64,000 bases of DNA. Source: Eledone cirrhosa (Eukaryota). The position numbers and the translations under genes are program-made. The stretch covers positions 86,800,001-86,864,000 of the forward strand of contig OZ024741.1 of NCBI GenBank assembly GCA_964016885.1, in the 5' to 3' direction. This document shows, in pieces, positions 51,363 through 64,000 of the stretch (the first letter of the stretch is position 1; each line of letters starts with the position of its first letter). The notes under the pieces were generated by a model. It saw only the letters and a list, made by a program, of their open reading frames with translations, was not told where the DNA came from and did not search any database.

Positions 51363-52808
51363 TTCTTCTGGTTTTATAATTTCACAAATTTTTTCCCAAT
51401 AGAGAGAGACTCGGTTTCTAACATAGATACAAGACTTTTATTGGAATTTACACATCAACTAGGTAGATTATGTATGCATGTGTAGATATGGATGTTATTG
51501 TATGTGTGGATGTGTATGTTTTGAGTTGTATGTGTGCATGTGTATATGCCTTGTATCTGTACATGTGTATATGCAGTTATTAGATGCAACATTTTTGGAA
51601 TGTTTTACATATTTTTACTGTTCCATTAATGGATTGTACTTGTAATTTCCTAACTAGTTGTGTTCTTTCTGTTCCTGTGAAGCCTAGCTTCTCAAGATTT
51701 GTATTGAGGCAGTTACTAACATACCCCAGTGCCCCAATAATCACAGGCATAAATCTGAAGGTGTAATCAGGGTGGAGTATCTGCAGATTTCTCATCAGTT
51801 CTGCATAAATATTCTCATTTTCGTTAATCTTTGATATTATATTGGCATCTGCTGGGCAGCTAATTTCCACTACTGTGCATGCTTTCTTCTCCCTGTCCCA
51901 TATCATAATATCTGGTCTGTTATGCCTAGATTTTATTGGGGTTTTTACTGGAACATTCCACCAGTACTCTTTCATATTATGTACGTGGTTGTCTTCCACA
52001 TTGCTGTAGCCTTTAATGTGTTTATTATCGGAGCTATCTTTTTACGGACTGCATTGTACAGTGTTTTGGCCACTACATCATGCCTCATAGGTAGATAGTA
52101 CCGTGATGATATCTTTGGACAGCTGCTGATGACATGGGTGATATCCACGATGTTAGTTCTGCAGAGTCTGCACTTGTTATCACATCTAGGTGTTTTGCCT
52201 GCATGCCTATCTCTTTTGTGAATCAGGTATTTCGTGTTAATTTCCTGTTCTTGGATTGCAAAAGCGTATCCTTCAAAGTGGGAGCCAATATAGCAGTTGT
52301 CGGTCCAAGATAGACTACTTTCCTTATCAATATTACTCTTACTCTGAAGCTTCCTGGCAACATATCCATGCATGATTTTTTGCTGATAAGGATGCAGTTT
52401 TTCATCCATGGATTCACTGCGATACTGCTGAGCGACTTCCCTGGGTGTGAGTTTTTGATTATCACACAGGAAATATCTCTCGAGGAGTTCCTTCCCAACT
52501 CTCACGATCTTATCTGTTTCATGCAGATAGACTTGCTCGAGAGACGGGCTCCTACGCTTGGAGGTTCGTAGGTGTTGTCGGAGGGATATGATGCGACATT
52601 CAAATGCTGTCTGGACTGATGTTAGGCCTCTGCCTCCCTGCTTACGTTTCAAGTAAATGTCACTGTTGATGTGGAAGTTTCCGGTGTTGTTTAGTATTTT
52701 TCGAGTTCCAACATCAACTGCTCGGATTTCGTCTATCGTCCAATTGAGTATTCCAAACATTGGTGTTAGGACAGACACAGCAAACACATTGTGAGCCACT
52801 GTTTTGTT
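51363..52808 (-). mobile_element. R4/Dong-like retrotransposon copy B (3' part with zinc knuckle, RLE and 3' UTR)
   Basis: QGGRGL, CRLC-x7-H-x4-C knuckle and HNRPDIMIWD...VVEISCP. Flanked on both sides by (TATG)n. Confidence 0.85.
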
Positions 52809-52940
52809 GTATGTATGTATGTATGTATGTATGTATGTATGTATGTATGTATGTATGTATGTATGTATGTATGTATGTATGCATGCATGCATGCATGCAT
52901 GCATGCATGTATGCATGCATGCATGTATGCATGTATGTGT
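52809..52940. repeat. (TATG)n/(CATG)n microsatellite
   Basis: Direct reading. Confidence 0.95.
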
Positions 52941-53767
52941 GTGTATCTATATATATAACGGCCATTTGCCTCCTCAAAGAAGGAACGATTCCCAGCAATC
53001 TCGACTAAAAAACAATGCTTGCACTGCTTCTCTTCAAAAACCAACAGTTACAAGAACAACAGAAACGACAAGAAAAAGAAGCAATGGTACTATCATACAC
53101 ACACATGCATACGTACATACATACATACATACATACATAGATACACACACATATATACACACAGGCCGGCATTGGTGTTTGATGAGGTTGAGAACCTGGT
53201 CAGCTTTCAGCCTGAGCTGTGGTATTTAATCTCCCTAGGCAATAAAATCTGGAGGCAAAATTCTCTCCTTACCAAAAAAAAACAAATCATGTCAACATCC
53301 TTACACACTTAAATATAAATGCATGTATTTTTACAAATGTATAAATGCATAGCTATATACATAGGTAAATGTATGTATGTATGTATGTATGTAGATTTAT
53401 ATATATATATATATTATACACACACACACACACTGTTTTCAGTCTGGTCTACCTCTGGTGGTAGGGTCCGTACCGTAGATAGGACTCAATATAATCTTGT
53501 AAAATCCATAGAGAAGTTCTGTGTTTCGCTGAATTAATTCTTTAGATACAGAGTAAGATATTAGGTATTATATTAACAATAAAAATAAAAACAACAAAAT
53601 AAAAACAAAGTTATAAAGTAACTTGACTTTGTTCTTTTTATTTTCATTGTTAATTTGATAACACACACACACACATATATATACCACACCCCACTCTCAA
53701 GCATGAAACTAAAAACAATATCATTTGTACTGCCTCTCTGTTTTTTGTTCTCTGTTCATTTATTAAC

Positions 53768-53895
<128 letters not shown>

Positions 53896-53927
53896 GTTAA
53901 TAAATGAACAGCCTGTTTTAAAATAAA

Positions 53928-54963
53928 TGAACTAGCCTGTTTTAAAATCCCTTTTTGACATATTAACCAGTGAGAAATATTTGGTTATCGAGTTGAGCTC
54001 TGCTGAGGATCGAATTCCAACCGTGACCATCTCCACTGAAAGTGTTCGTGAAATAGTCTTCAACACTATACAGAGCATTTGTAGTTGTCCCAAATTGAAG
54101 GATGAGTTTTTTAAACTTTATTTTATCATGAGTTAAGGCTCTATTGATTCTTCCCTGGATTTTACTAAATTCTGTAGGATGAATCTATATCCTGATTCTT
54201 TTTGAGTTGAGTTTGAATTAATTTTCCCACATCTTACGTTAACTATTTTTCCCATTTTGACGCTATAGTCACTTATATATTATGGAATACTGTTGGCTTG
54301 CTGCTACATATTTTCTATACCTTTCATTTATATATTTATGCTCGGATTTCTTTTCTAGAGTGCTTAAATTATTTGTGACTAATCCCGGTATTTTTTATTA
54401 AAAAAACCGCGATAATATTGCTTTTTGCTGAACTCCTTATTGTAGAGTTTTTTTTTCGGAATGTTTTTTGACTGTTGTCTCTTGTAAACAAATATTCGTT
54501 TCATTCTGACGTCACCAGCCCTGTCTTTCCACATGTGCGTTTTATTTTTCATAATCACACATGATGGTGAACTAGCCTGTTTAAAAATCCCTTTTTGGCA
54601 TATTAACCAGTGAGAAATTTTTGGTTATCGATTTGAGCTCTGCTGAGGATCGAATTCCAACCGTGACCATCTCCACTGAAAGTTTTCGTGAAATAGTCTT
54701 CAAGACTATACAGAGCATTTGTAGTTGTCCCAAATTGAAGGATGAGTATTTTAAACTTTATTTTATCATGAGTTAAGGCTCTATTGATTCTTCCCTGGAT
54801 TTCACTAAATTCTGTGGATGAATCTATATCCTGATTCTTTTTGAGTTGAGTTTGAATTAATTTTCCCACATCTTACGTTAATATTTTCCCATTTTGACGC
54901 TATAGTCACTTATATATTGTGGAATACTGTTGGCATTCTGCTACAATATTTTCTATACCTTTC

Positions 54964-54974
<11 letters not shown>
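53928..54974. repeat. ~405-bp direct repeat pair (53928..54335 and 54568..54974)
   Basis: Both copies start TGAACTAGCCTGTTT and end CCTTTCATTTATATAT, at an offset of 640. Confidence 0.9.
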
Positions 54975-55014
<40 letters not shown>

Positions 55015-55019
<5 letters not shown>

Positions 55020-55270
55020 TGTGTTACAAGAAGCTTGCTTCCCAACCACATGTTTCCGGGTTCACTCCCACTGCCCGGGCCGACCAAAGCCCTGTGAGTG
55101 GATTAGACCGAAACTAAAAGAAGCGCGTCGTATATATGTATATATGTTTGTGTGTGTCTTTGTGTTTGTGTTTTCACTCCCACCAATGCTTTTTGGTTTG
55201 TTGACGTCCCCATAACTTACCAAGGTGATGCTCCAGCATGGGCGTAGTCCAGAGACAGAAAAAAAACTAA
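55015..55270 (+). mobile_element. tRNA-derived SINE family 2 (internally deleted)
   Basis: AAGAAGCTTGCTTCCCAACCACATG..CCGGGTTCA.TCCCACTGC head, followed by GGGCCGACCAAAGCC and AAAGAAGCGCGTCGTATATATG. Confidence 0.7.
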
Positions 55271-55305
55271 AGTGTATATATATATGTGTGTGTGTGTGTG
55301 TAGAA

Positions 55306-55693
55306 GAGGGGTCTCAAACTGAAGGACATAAAAGGGCCATTACATCCTGGAGGAGAGGCACAGTGGGCCAAACGTGATGGTGGGTGATGATTTTCACCAG
55401 TTATAATCATTTCTACTATAGGCACAGGGGTTTAGGGTCGCGTCCATTACATCGATCCAGTTCACTGGTACTTAATTTATCGACTCCAAAAGGATGAAAG
55501 GCAAAGTTGAGATCGGCGGAATTTGAACTCGGAACGTAAAAATGGAAGAAGTACCGCTAAGCATTTCGCCAGATGTGCTAACGATTCCACCAGCTCACCG
55601 CCTTATTTTCACCAGTTATAATGAAATCTGAAATATTGGTTCTACCACGGGCCATAGAAAAGTAGTTCGCGGGCCGCATGTTTGAGCCCCCTG
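55306..55693. mobile_element. hAT-like MITE
   Basis: TIRs AGGGGTCTCAAAC / GTTTGAGCCCCCTG with subterminal GGGCC motifs. No TSD is evident. Confidence 0.6.
55408..55604 (-). mobile_element. SINE (family 1 variant) nested in the MITE
   Basis: 18-bp TSD ATTTTCACCAGTTATAAT (55390-407 and 55605-622), B-box GAGTTCAAATTCC and the shared core. Confidence 0.85.
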
Positions 55694-55928
55694 TTGGAGA
55701 GATAGATAGATAGACGTGTACCAAACACACACACACACACACACACACATTTCTTACTCTCTCTGTCTCTCCCTATTTCTCCCCCTTCCCTCTCTCTCTC
55801 TCTATATATATATATGGCGTTGTTATTTGACGTTGTTGAAAAGAGCAGTGGCTTTGACTCGGCAATAAAAACTGGAGTCAAAATTCTTTCTGTACCAAAA
55901 ACAAGGCACACACAGACAGACACACACA

Positions 55929-55969
<41 letters not shown>

Positions 55970-57000
55970 GTGTGTGTGTGTGTGTGTGTGTGTGTCTATC
56001 TATGTATATATATATATATATATATAAGGGATACAGATATTGTTTGTTCACTGTCACTAAGCATCTCAATTCATCGTTGCAACTAAGTTTGTGATCGAGG
56101 TACTTTATTTTGCAAGGTAGTATTTTTCCCTTGAGTTTGTGATTCAAGAGAAAGGTAAGAAATTCTTCATATTTTGCATCTTTTGTATTTTGACTTTACA
56201 GTTTAAATTGTAGAATTGTCTATCCACTCAAAATATTACAACAGCTAACAGTGAAATATAGAATTTAAAAAAAAAAGCTTTTTCGACTGAGATCAAGTCT
56301 TTGGGAACATTCACATCTATTTTTCAAAAATATATAATTTGAAATAGCTTGCTTTTGTTTTGGACTGAAACGTTTTTGTATTTAATTCGTACGAGTATTT
56401 TTTAAAGATTTTTTAAAGATTTTTTAAAGATTTGGCCCAGTAATCTACTGATATCAAAATCAGTAGTATACTGAAAAATTGAAAATAGGATAGGGGGCGT
56501 TTCGTGATTTCGAGGGGCAAAATGGGTTGAGAACCTTTGGTGTAGATGTTCCTTATTTTAAATGTTTTCACATCGTGAGAAAAACATTATTTAATACTAT
56601 TGGGTGGACGTTGACCACCTTGAGTTCATACACTCTTTGACGGGGGTTTTGTTTCTCATCACACAGGGTGACCAATAATTATCTTCCTCACCAAGTAGTC
56701 TTAGTGATGTTGACGCTGTAGTCGCCGACGACCAAACAGGGTAACAATTTGTATTGGGTTACATGTTATAAGAAGATATCGGAACTAACCTGACATTCAT
56801 GCAAACATAAAAACGTAGATAGTTACATACTCATCTACGTACACACATGTGAAATCTTGCATGCATTAATTTTAACTCTTTTTATTAATAATTGCATTGC
56901 TTCCTTCCAGAGACTATGTTGAAAAATAAACCTCATTTGATCATTCCATGAGAGTATCTTTTAAGTTACGTTTGAACGTTTCAACCGATTTTTGCAAACA

Positions 57001-57183
57001 ATAATTGTTTCTACTTTAGGCACAAGGCCAGCAATTACCCAGTGCATTACTGGTACTTTATTTTATCAACCCCGTAAGGATGAAAGGCAAAGTTAACCTC
57101 GGCGGGATTTGAACTCAGACCGTAAAGGGCCATAACTCTATGCTGCACAGCATGGTGTCTGACGCTCTACCGATTCTGCCAAT
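57001..57183 (-). mobile_element. SINE family 1
   Basis: Reverse complement of 57240..57420. Confidence 0.88.
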
Positions 57184-57232
57184 ACTTATTTGAATGTCAT
57201 CGTTGTTGTTATTGACGTCATTATTTAGCACA

Positions 57233-57420
57233 GCGGTGGATTGGCAGTATCGGTAGAGGGTCGGACGCCATGCTTTCCAGCATAGTTACGTCCCTTTACG
57301 ATCTGAGTTCAAATCCCGCCGAGGTTGACTTTGCCTTTCATCCTTACGGGGTCGATAAAATAAAGTACCAGTAATGCACTGGGTAATTGCTGGCCTTGTG
57401 CCTAAAGTAGAAACAATTAT
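57233..57420 (+). mobile_element. SINE family 1, full length
   Basis: A and B boxes, core and tail, with TSD ATTATTTAGCACA (57220-32 and 57416-28). Confidence 0.9.
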
Positions 57421-58349
57421 TTAGCACAAGGTCTGTACTGACAGACACGGCATATTTCAATGCGAGTTACAGGTTTTTCTCTTTTATTGTAAATTTGTGT
57501 GTGTGTGCTTGTGTGTGCATGTGTATTTGCGCGTGCGCGTGTATATGACGTATAAATGTGTGATTATATGAGGTGTACATGTGGGAATATGAATATATAC
57601 ATACAGTAGTGCACTCAAGTGTGACCATGTATTCAACTGAATTTATATCAATAGGGACTGCATGGATAAATGAAGTCTAAAAAGTTATCCCCATTGAAAC
57701 TGTAGCAGACGGCTTAACACTTTTTCTCTAAAACCAAGAATTCTTATCTAAATGTCCTCCTTGCGGTTTATTATGTCCTTGAGCAAGACATTTTATTTCA
57801 TGTTGCCCCAGTTCATTCAGTTGGCAAAAATGAGTTGTACCTCTATTTCAAAGGGCTAGCCTTGTCACACACTGTCATATTGAATTTCCATGAGAACTAC
57901 GCTAAAGGTACACGATAATTTCTGACAATATCGCTCCGTCAAATGGTGCCAAGCAGCCTTGATGCTTACAGAGAATGTCTGGGTTCTTTTGGACAATTCT
58001 TTAGCAGAAATTTATTCTTTCGTTACTCACACAACCACGAAAACAATCTGGGTACTTTTGTAACGACACCAATTCTTTAGGAATTATTATATTTACTATC
58101 TCCCCAATTAAACCGCCTTCTTCCTCTCTATATGTATATATACTTTACAGTATGTATTAATGCGTTATAATACACTCACTCTCAATCTCTTACACACACA
58201 CACATACATGTGTATTGACAAATTGTTGAATTTCTACCAGGTTTCAAATTATGTTTTTTTTTTGTAATGATTACAATAGTTGTTGTTGATGTTGTTATTC
58301 AGCCTTAGGTCTGTCCTGATTTTGTACATCTATAATGATTTTTAATTTA

Positions 58350-58525
58350 ATATGAACGTCAGTGGTTTGTGGGGACGAGCAATCCTAGTATTTCATTGGC
58401 ACTTTTTTTATCGACCTCAAAAGGATTAAATGCAAAGCTGACCTCTGCAGGATTTTAACTCAGAACGTCTGTAACTAAACACCACAAAGCATTTTGTTCG
58501 ACGCTTTAACGATTCTGCCATTTGA
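58350..58525 (-). mobile_element. Degenerate SINE family 1
   Basis: TTTATCGACC...AGGAT.AAA.GCAAAG.TGACCTC core on the minus strand. Confidence 0.6.
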
Positions 58526-59110
58526 GGTATTCATGTCAAGTATGAATAATCTTGTTTTTATCTAATGTCTTTTCTTTATTTAAAGTGTGAGGGAGAGAAT
58601 TTGACTGCTTTTTCTACTAATCAGAACTACCGTACTGTAGGTGTTTCTTATTGTTAAAATGGTGACACATTTATTCGTGAGAAAATAAAGCAACTATCAT
58701 TTAAATATACTGGAAAGCATTCAACCTATTTGTTGACACCAAAATACATTTGATAGAGAATTTAGTTCACAATAGTCTTTTCTGTATTTTGTGGCATATT
58801 CCAATTCAAGTTTTATTGTTATTTGAATTTCATCTCGAATAAATAGTTTGACACATAACATTATACATGGTAGGACGCGGTTTGATATTAAAAGTTTCTT
58901 ATTTTCCTTAAAAGCTGCACAGCTTAGACCTCAATAGACAAATTCTGAAACTTGTATGGGTTTATCATATATTGTAAGGGGTAGAGGTTGATTATTCTTA
59001 TCTGTTTACATCATTTAGTTTTGGAGATGTTTACAAATAGCCCAATTTCTGCAGCATGTCTAGCTAGAGCATCACGGTATTTTGCAGACCTTGAATAGAG
59101 TTGTTTAGAG

Positions 59111-59772
59111 CAGTGTTTCCCAACCTATGGCTACATGGCTAAAATGGGCCATGGCAAATTTCAGATGGGCCACATAAATTTTATAATTTTTACTGACCAC
59201 TAGTCTAATATATGGGCCACAACGTATTGATTGGTCCATAGAGCTTTTATTGTCTATTAGTCCTTAAATTAATGAAATTAAATGTATGTAAATAATTTTA
59301 ATATATTTAGATCATAAAAAATTAGTAATTACTTAGTGCTTGAATAACTTTTAATTAGTCAGGCATTGAAAATACCATTTTTTCTGACTGTAGAAAGAAA
59401 ATTACACCATTTCAGTTCTGTGAAAATCTTGCTCATAGTAGACCTTATGCATGTGAGGTGTTTTTTGATATCTTCAAGGACCCGACCTGTTGTTTTCCAG
59501 TATCTTTTTGTTTTTGTAAATATGAAGGGGCTGCCCATGAAAACCTCGAGCTTTTCTCTTTTTAGTTCTCTTTAATTCTTGCGTATTTTATTCGCTCTCG
59601 ATACGGCCAAGATCTCCCTTTCCACTTCATTCAAATAGACATTCTTGTATCTTTATTGGATATATTCTACGTAAAATGGAAGTAATTTCTTTTACACTAT
59701 AATAATTTTATGGGTCGCAGAAAAATTCTGGGTTCTAAGTGGGCCATGAGCTAAAGAAGGTTTGAACCACTG
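59111..59772. mobile_element. hAT (Charlie-like) MITE
   Basis: TIRs CAGTGTTTCCCAACCT / AGGTTTGAACCACTG with GGGCCA subterminal repeats. Degenerate 8-bp flanks GTTTAGAG/ATTTGTAG. Confidence 0.7.
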
Positions 59773-60280
59773 ATTTGTAGCAGCCATGTCATCGGCGTAG
59801 CCAAAATTTGACATAGCTGGCAACCGATCAAAAAATCTAAGTCGCACTCTGTTTCTGATTTCAAGATTATGGATGTTATGACAATGCAGAAAAGTAAATC
59901 TGAAAATATATCACCATGTTTTACACCTTTGAGGATGTTGATATGCCTGGAGATACCAATGTCTATTTTTATTGTTGCTATAGACTTGTCATATGTTTGC
60001 TTTCGGAGATTTATGAATTTCTTGTTGAGGCATGTGTTATCAAACAATTTCCTGAGACTATCGAGTTTCACACCATTAAAAACTTTCATGAAATTGATGA
60101 AGGCTATATACACAGGTTTGTTAAATTCGATTGATTTTTCAATAATTTACTCCAAGGCAATTATTTGTGCAACTGTACTCTATTAGGTTGATATGTTGCT
60201 TGAGATGCAGGAAAAGATGCAAAGATCACTCTTAACCCGTGAAGCAATGATACTAATAAATAGTTTATACACACTAGGAT
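59773..60280 (-). mobile_element. Decayed LINE RT remnant
   Basis: YIAFINFMKVFN, GVKHGDIFSDLLF and a frameshifted LGYADD. It probably continues left of the MITE. Confidence 0.65.
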
Positions 60281-60355
60281 GTTTTTTCAACACGCTGACG
60301 CGTATGTGTGTATGTACATATAAATATGATATGTATGATATGTCTGTGTTTGCAC

Positions 60356-60419
<64 letters not shown>

Positions 60420-61020
60420 GTGTAAATACAGACACACTTACTAAAATACACACTCAGACATACATTCACACAAACACATACACACATACACAGCATAACG
60501 CTAGCCGCTATTTTGCTATAGTTTTTCACCATCCTCGCCTTCATTTTACATACACATACATTCACGCAGGCAGCAGATGTAAAGAGAGAGGAGTAATATG
60601 AGGTAGTCAAATTTCTCCTCTCTCTTTACGTGTTGTGACAGAATCACAGAAATTTATATATATATGACTTAGAAGCCTGACTGGACAATCAATTGCCACA
60701 ACCCAGTCTGCTATCTTTTTTGATGATATCTACAATAAGTGTTTCTTTAAAAGCTTGAGGTATTATGCCAGTGATTACTATTCGATTGAAAAGATGTAAT
60801 AAAGCATTTACTAAGGTTTCTCCACTAACTTTGTGATATTCTGAGTGGATGTTATCTAAAACCTGGACTCTTACTGATTTTCAAGATTTTAATTGAGCAT
60901 TTCACTTTTATTTTTGGAATTGGTCGAATGGGATCATTTAATGTATCACCAATAGAAGCTGTAAGAAAATCATCAAAGGAGAGCTCTTCATAAAATTTGC
61001 TCTAAGATATCTTTGCTTGT

Positions 61021-61091
<71 letters not shown>

Positions 61092-61099
61092 AATATGTA

Positions 61100-63850
61100 T
61101 ATATATAAGTAAAAAACAAAAAAAACAAAAACAATAACAAAGAGTGTAGTACGAACAGTGAGGTATTAGGTTCATGCTTGAGAGTGGGGGGGGGGGGGGG
61201 GGGCGACGACGTTTCGGGCATAAGCCCTTCACCAGGTGAAAAGTGGGAAGGAAAAGAGTTCCGAGGGTGTGAGGGGAGTGGTGGAAAGACATTAAAAAAG
61301 GGGGGTGGGGTTAAAAGGAAGGAAAAAAATTAAAATGAAAATAAGTGGTGAAATGGTGTGAGGCCTGTAGAGGTGGTGGTGGGTTGATGGAGGGGGAGAA
61401 GGAAACATGGTGTCCGAGTGGGAAGGGCGGAAGGTGGTGTGTGTGTATGTGTGTAGGTGTACGTGTGTGTTGGGGGTGTTGGTAGTCGGGGGAGAGAGAG
61501 AAGGTGTTGGGTACAGTATGAGTGAGTGTGATATACTGGTGTGTGTGTGCGTGTTTGGGTGTGAGTGCGTGTGTGGTAGGGTGAGTGTTAGTATTATTAG
61601 TGGTGGTGGTGGTTGGTGGTGGTGGGGGGGGGGTCGACACGGGTACGTGGGTGGGGGTTAGTGGTGGTAGTGCGGGTGTAGAGAGGGTTGTGTATCCGTG
61701 TGTACGTGGGTGTGGGTGAGTGTATGCATGCTGGTTTGTGTTCGTGTGTGCATGCTGAGGGGGAAGGTGGGTTGGGGGATGTTTAGTATTATTAGTGGTG
61801 GGGTGGTCGGATGTGGATGTGTGGGTGGGGGTTAGTAGTGGTGGTAGGGTGTGTGAATAGTGTGAGTAAGTGTATATATATACTGAGTGTGTGTGCGTGT
61901 TGAGGGTGTGGGTGTGTGTGTGATAGGGGGAGGGATGGGGTTTTTAGTGGTATTAGTTGTGGGGTGAACCAAGGGGATTGGGGTGGCTGGAAGTGGAGGG
62001 GACGGTGAATCTTGGGAGTGTTTTAGTGGTGATAGTAGGGTGTGTGTGTAGAGGAGGGGGAGGGTAAATGTCAAAGGCTACAGGAAGAGTGGTGGGGAGT
62101 TCAGACTGGGGGTGTGTGTGGGTCTGTAGGGTGAAGATGGTGTGCTGTTCGGCCCTAAGTTGGGTTGCGGGGCTCCATGGCATTTAATCAGGCCACACTT
62201 GGCGGAGTGTCCAGGGCAACCAAAGTGGCGGGTGATGGAGGAACTCCCACCGAGACGAATATCTCGGAGGTGTTCCGTGAACCGATCCGCCAGGCGACGT
62301 CGGTTCTGTCCGACATAGGTTGCGTTGCACTCCGTGCAGCGAAGTCCATAGACGAGGTTAGAAGAGGTGCAGCGGAAGGCATGCACATGAGAGAGTGGCC
62401 GTTGAGACCCTGGAAGGTCGTGGTGTTGGTAATGTGGGGGCAGGTGTGGCAGCGGGGTCTGGAGCATGGAAGGGAACCGGGGGGGGGAGGGAGGGGAGCT
62501 GCGGACGAGGAGGTTGCGGAGGTTGCGCGCGCGTTTTAAGGAGGGGAGGGATGGGGATGGAAAGATGTGGGAGGTGGAGGGGTCTGACTGGAGGCGTCGG
62601 AATAGCCGGTGGATGGAGGAGTGGTAGGTGAGGGGGAGGGGAGACGGTGGGTGGGGATGCGGGGCGTGCGGTGAGGGCGGTGGAGCGGCGGGCTGCGCGG
62701 GCCTGGGTGAGGGTCGTGTGGACAAGGGGGGAGGAGGAGGAGGAGGAGGAGGAGTAACCTCTCCGGATGAAATGGCTGACCAGAGACAGGGCCTGAGTCT
62801 CGCAGTCAGCATCTCAGCTGCAGTGGCGGCGGATCCGGAGGAGTTGGGAGTAGGTAATGGAGTGTTTGGTGTGTGGAGGAGGTGAAGTCGAGGTAGGAGT
62901 AGGAGTTGGTGGGTTTGAAGAAGGCGGAGGTGACGAAGGAGCGGTGGGAGAGGTCGATGGAGACGGAGATATCCAAGAAGTGGACGTGGGTGGTGGAGAT
63001 AGAGGTGGTGAAGTGGAGGGAGGGGTAGAAGGAGCAGAAGAAGGAGAGAAAGGAGTGGAGCTGTTCTCGGGTGAGGGCCGTGGCTCAGATGCAGTCGTCG
63101 ATGTACTGACCGTACAGTTCGGGCGTGGGGCCGGTGTATTGGTTAAAGATTTGGGCCTCAACATGGCCAACGAAAACTTTGGCATAGTTTTACCATTCCA
63201 GTGACCTGCTGGTAAAATTCACCCCAAAAGGAGAAGCAGTTAAGGGTGAGGACCAGCTCAGCGAGGCGGAGGAGGGTGGATGTGGAGATGACGGGGGAGG
63301 GGTGAATGTCGAGGTAGTGCTGGAGGGCGCGTAGGCCGTCGGCGTGGGGGATGGCGGTGTAAAGGGACTTAATGTCTAGGGTAAAGAGGAGGGGATGTGG
63401 GCCGGGTGGGAAGGTGAGGGAGTCAAAAAGGCGAAGGGCGTGGTTGGTGTCGGAGATGTGGGACGGGAGGGAGGTGACGAGGGGGGCGAGGATGGAGTCG
63501 AGAAAGGCGGAGATGAGTTCGAGGGGCAGTTGCAGGCGGATACAATGGGGCGGTGCCGGGGTTGTCGGGTTTGTGGATCTTGGGGAGGAAGTAGATAGTG
63601 GTGGTGCGGGGGTGCGGACGATGAGGTGGGAGGCGGTGGGCGGGAGGAGGGAGACGAGACGAGGTGTTGGATGGTGGGGGAAACTTGTTGTTGGTAGAGG
63701 GAGTGGGGTCGGAAGGTAGGGGGAGGTAGAAGAGGAGTTGTGGAGCTGCCTGAGGGCTTCGGTCGTGTAGAGGTCGGCGCTCCACACCACCACACCATCA
63801 CAGCGCCTCCGGTTTGATGACGATGTCGTCGCGGTTACGGAGGGAGCGGA
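61100..63850 (-). mobile_element. Penelope-like element (second family), frameshifted
   Basis: RT motifs YFLPKIHK and LFTLDIKSLYTAIP...FYQQVTG, plus GIY-YIG CTSSNLVYGLRC..C.ATYVGQ...RFTEH. Low-complexity 3' region, bounded by (TA)n and (GT)n. Confidence 0.85.
61208..61236 (-). ncRNA. Minimal hammerhead ribozyme at the PLE 3' end
   Basis: Minus strand reads CTGGTGA-A-GGGC-ttat-GCCC-GAAA-CG-TC. Stem II is perfect and the GUC site is present, with one core change (A6>G). Confidence 0.65.
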
Positions 63851-63896
63851 GAGCGAGTAGTTCGACCCGTGAGATGTTATACCGTTTGGATATATA

Positions 63897-63899
63897 TGT

Positions 63900-63974
<75 letters not shown>
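63897..63974. repeat. (GT)n microsatellite
   Basis: Direct reading. Confidence 0.95.
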
Positions 63975-63975
<1 letters not shown>

Positions 63976-64000
63976 CCTCCTCATCAGCCACTTTCGTGCA

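Noticed and set aside
55930-55995. (CA)n-(TG)n palindrome
   Set aside because: Adjacent microsatellites are common in this genome, and there is no sign of function.
61311-62183. Pro/Thr/His-rich ORFs
   Set aside because: This is the low-complexity strand-biased 3' region of the Penelope-like element.

Overview
This is AT-rich, microsatellite-rich animal DNA. It is most likely a coleoid cephalopod (Octopus-like), inferred from the KRAB-less [15 protein letters not shown] finger arrays and the SINE/RTE families present. The window holds a C2H2 zinc-finger cluster built from a recent segmental duplication: unit 1 is 1..15807 (starting upstream of the window) and unit 2 is ~26499..48715. Each unit carries a disabled ZNF (A1, A2) and an intact ZNF ORF (B1 with 23 fingers, B2 with 21). 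The B1 and B2 finger arrays have been reshuffled while their flanks remain nearly identical. The rest is nested transposable elements: five RTE-clade LINE copies of a family with a PHD-type finger inside the RT, a two-LTR Gypsy, solo and partial LTRs, Chapaev3-like and mariner DNA transposons, hAT-like MITEs, R4/Dong-like and CRE-like retrotransposons, two Penelope-like elements with hammerhead-ribozyme cores, and tRNA-derived SINEs. All calls come from reading the sequence by eye; no searches or alignments were run.
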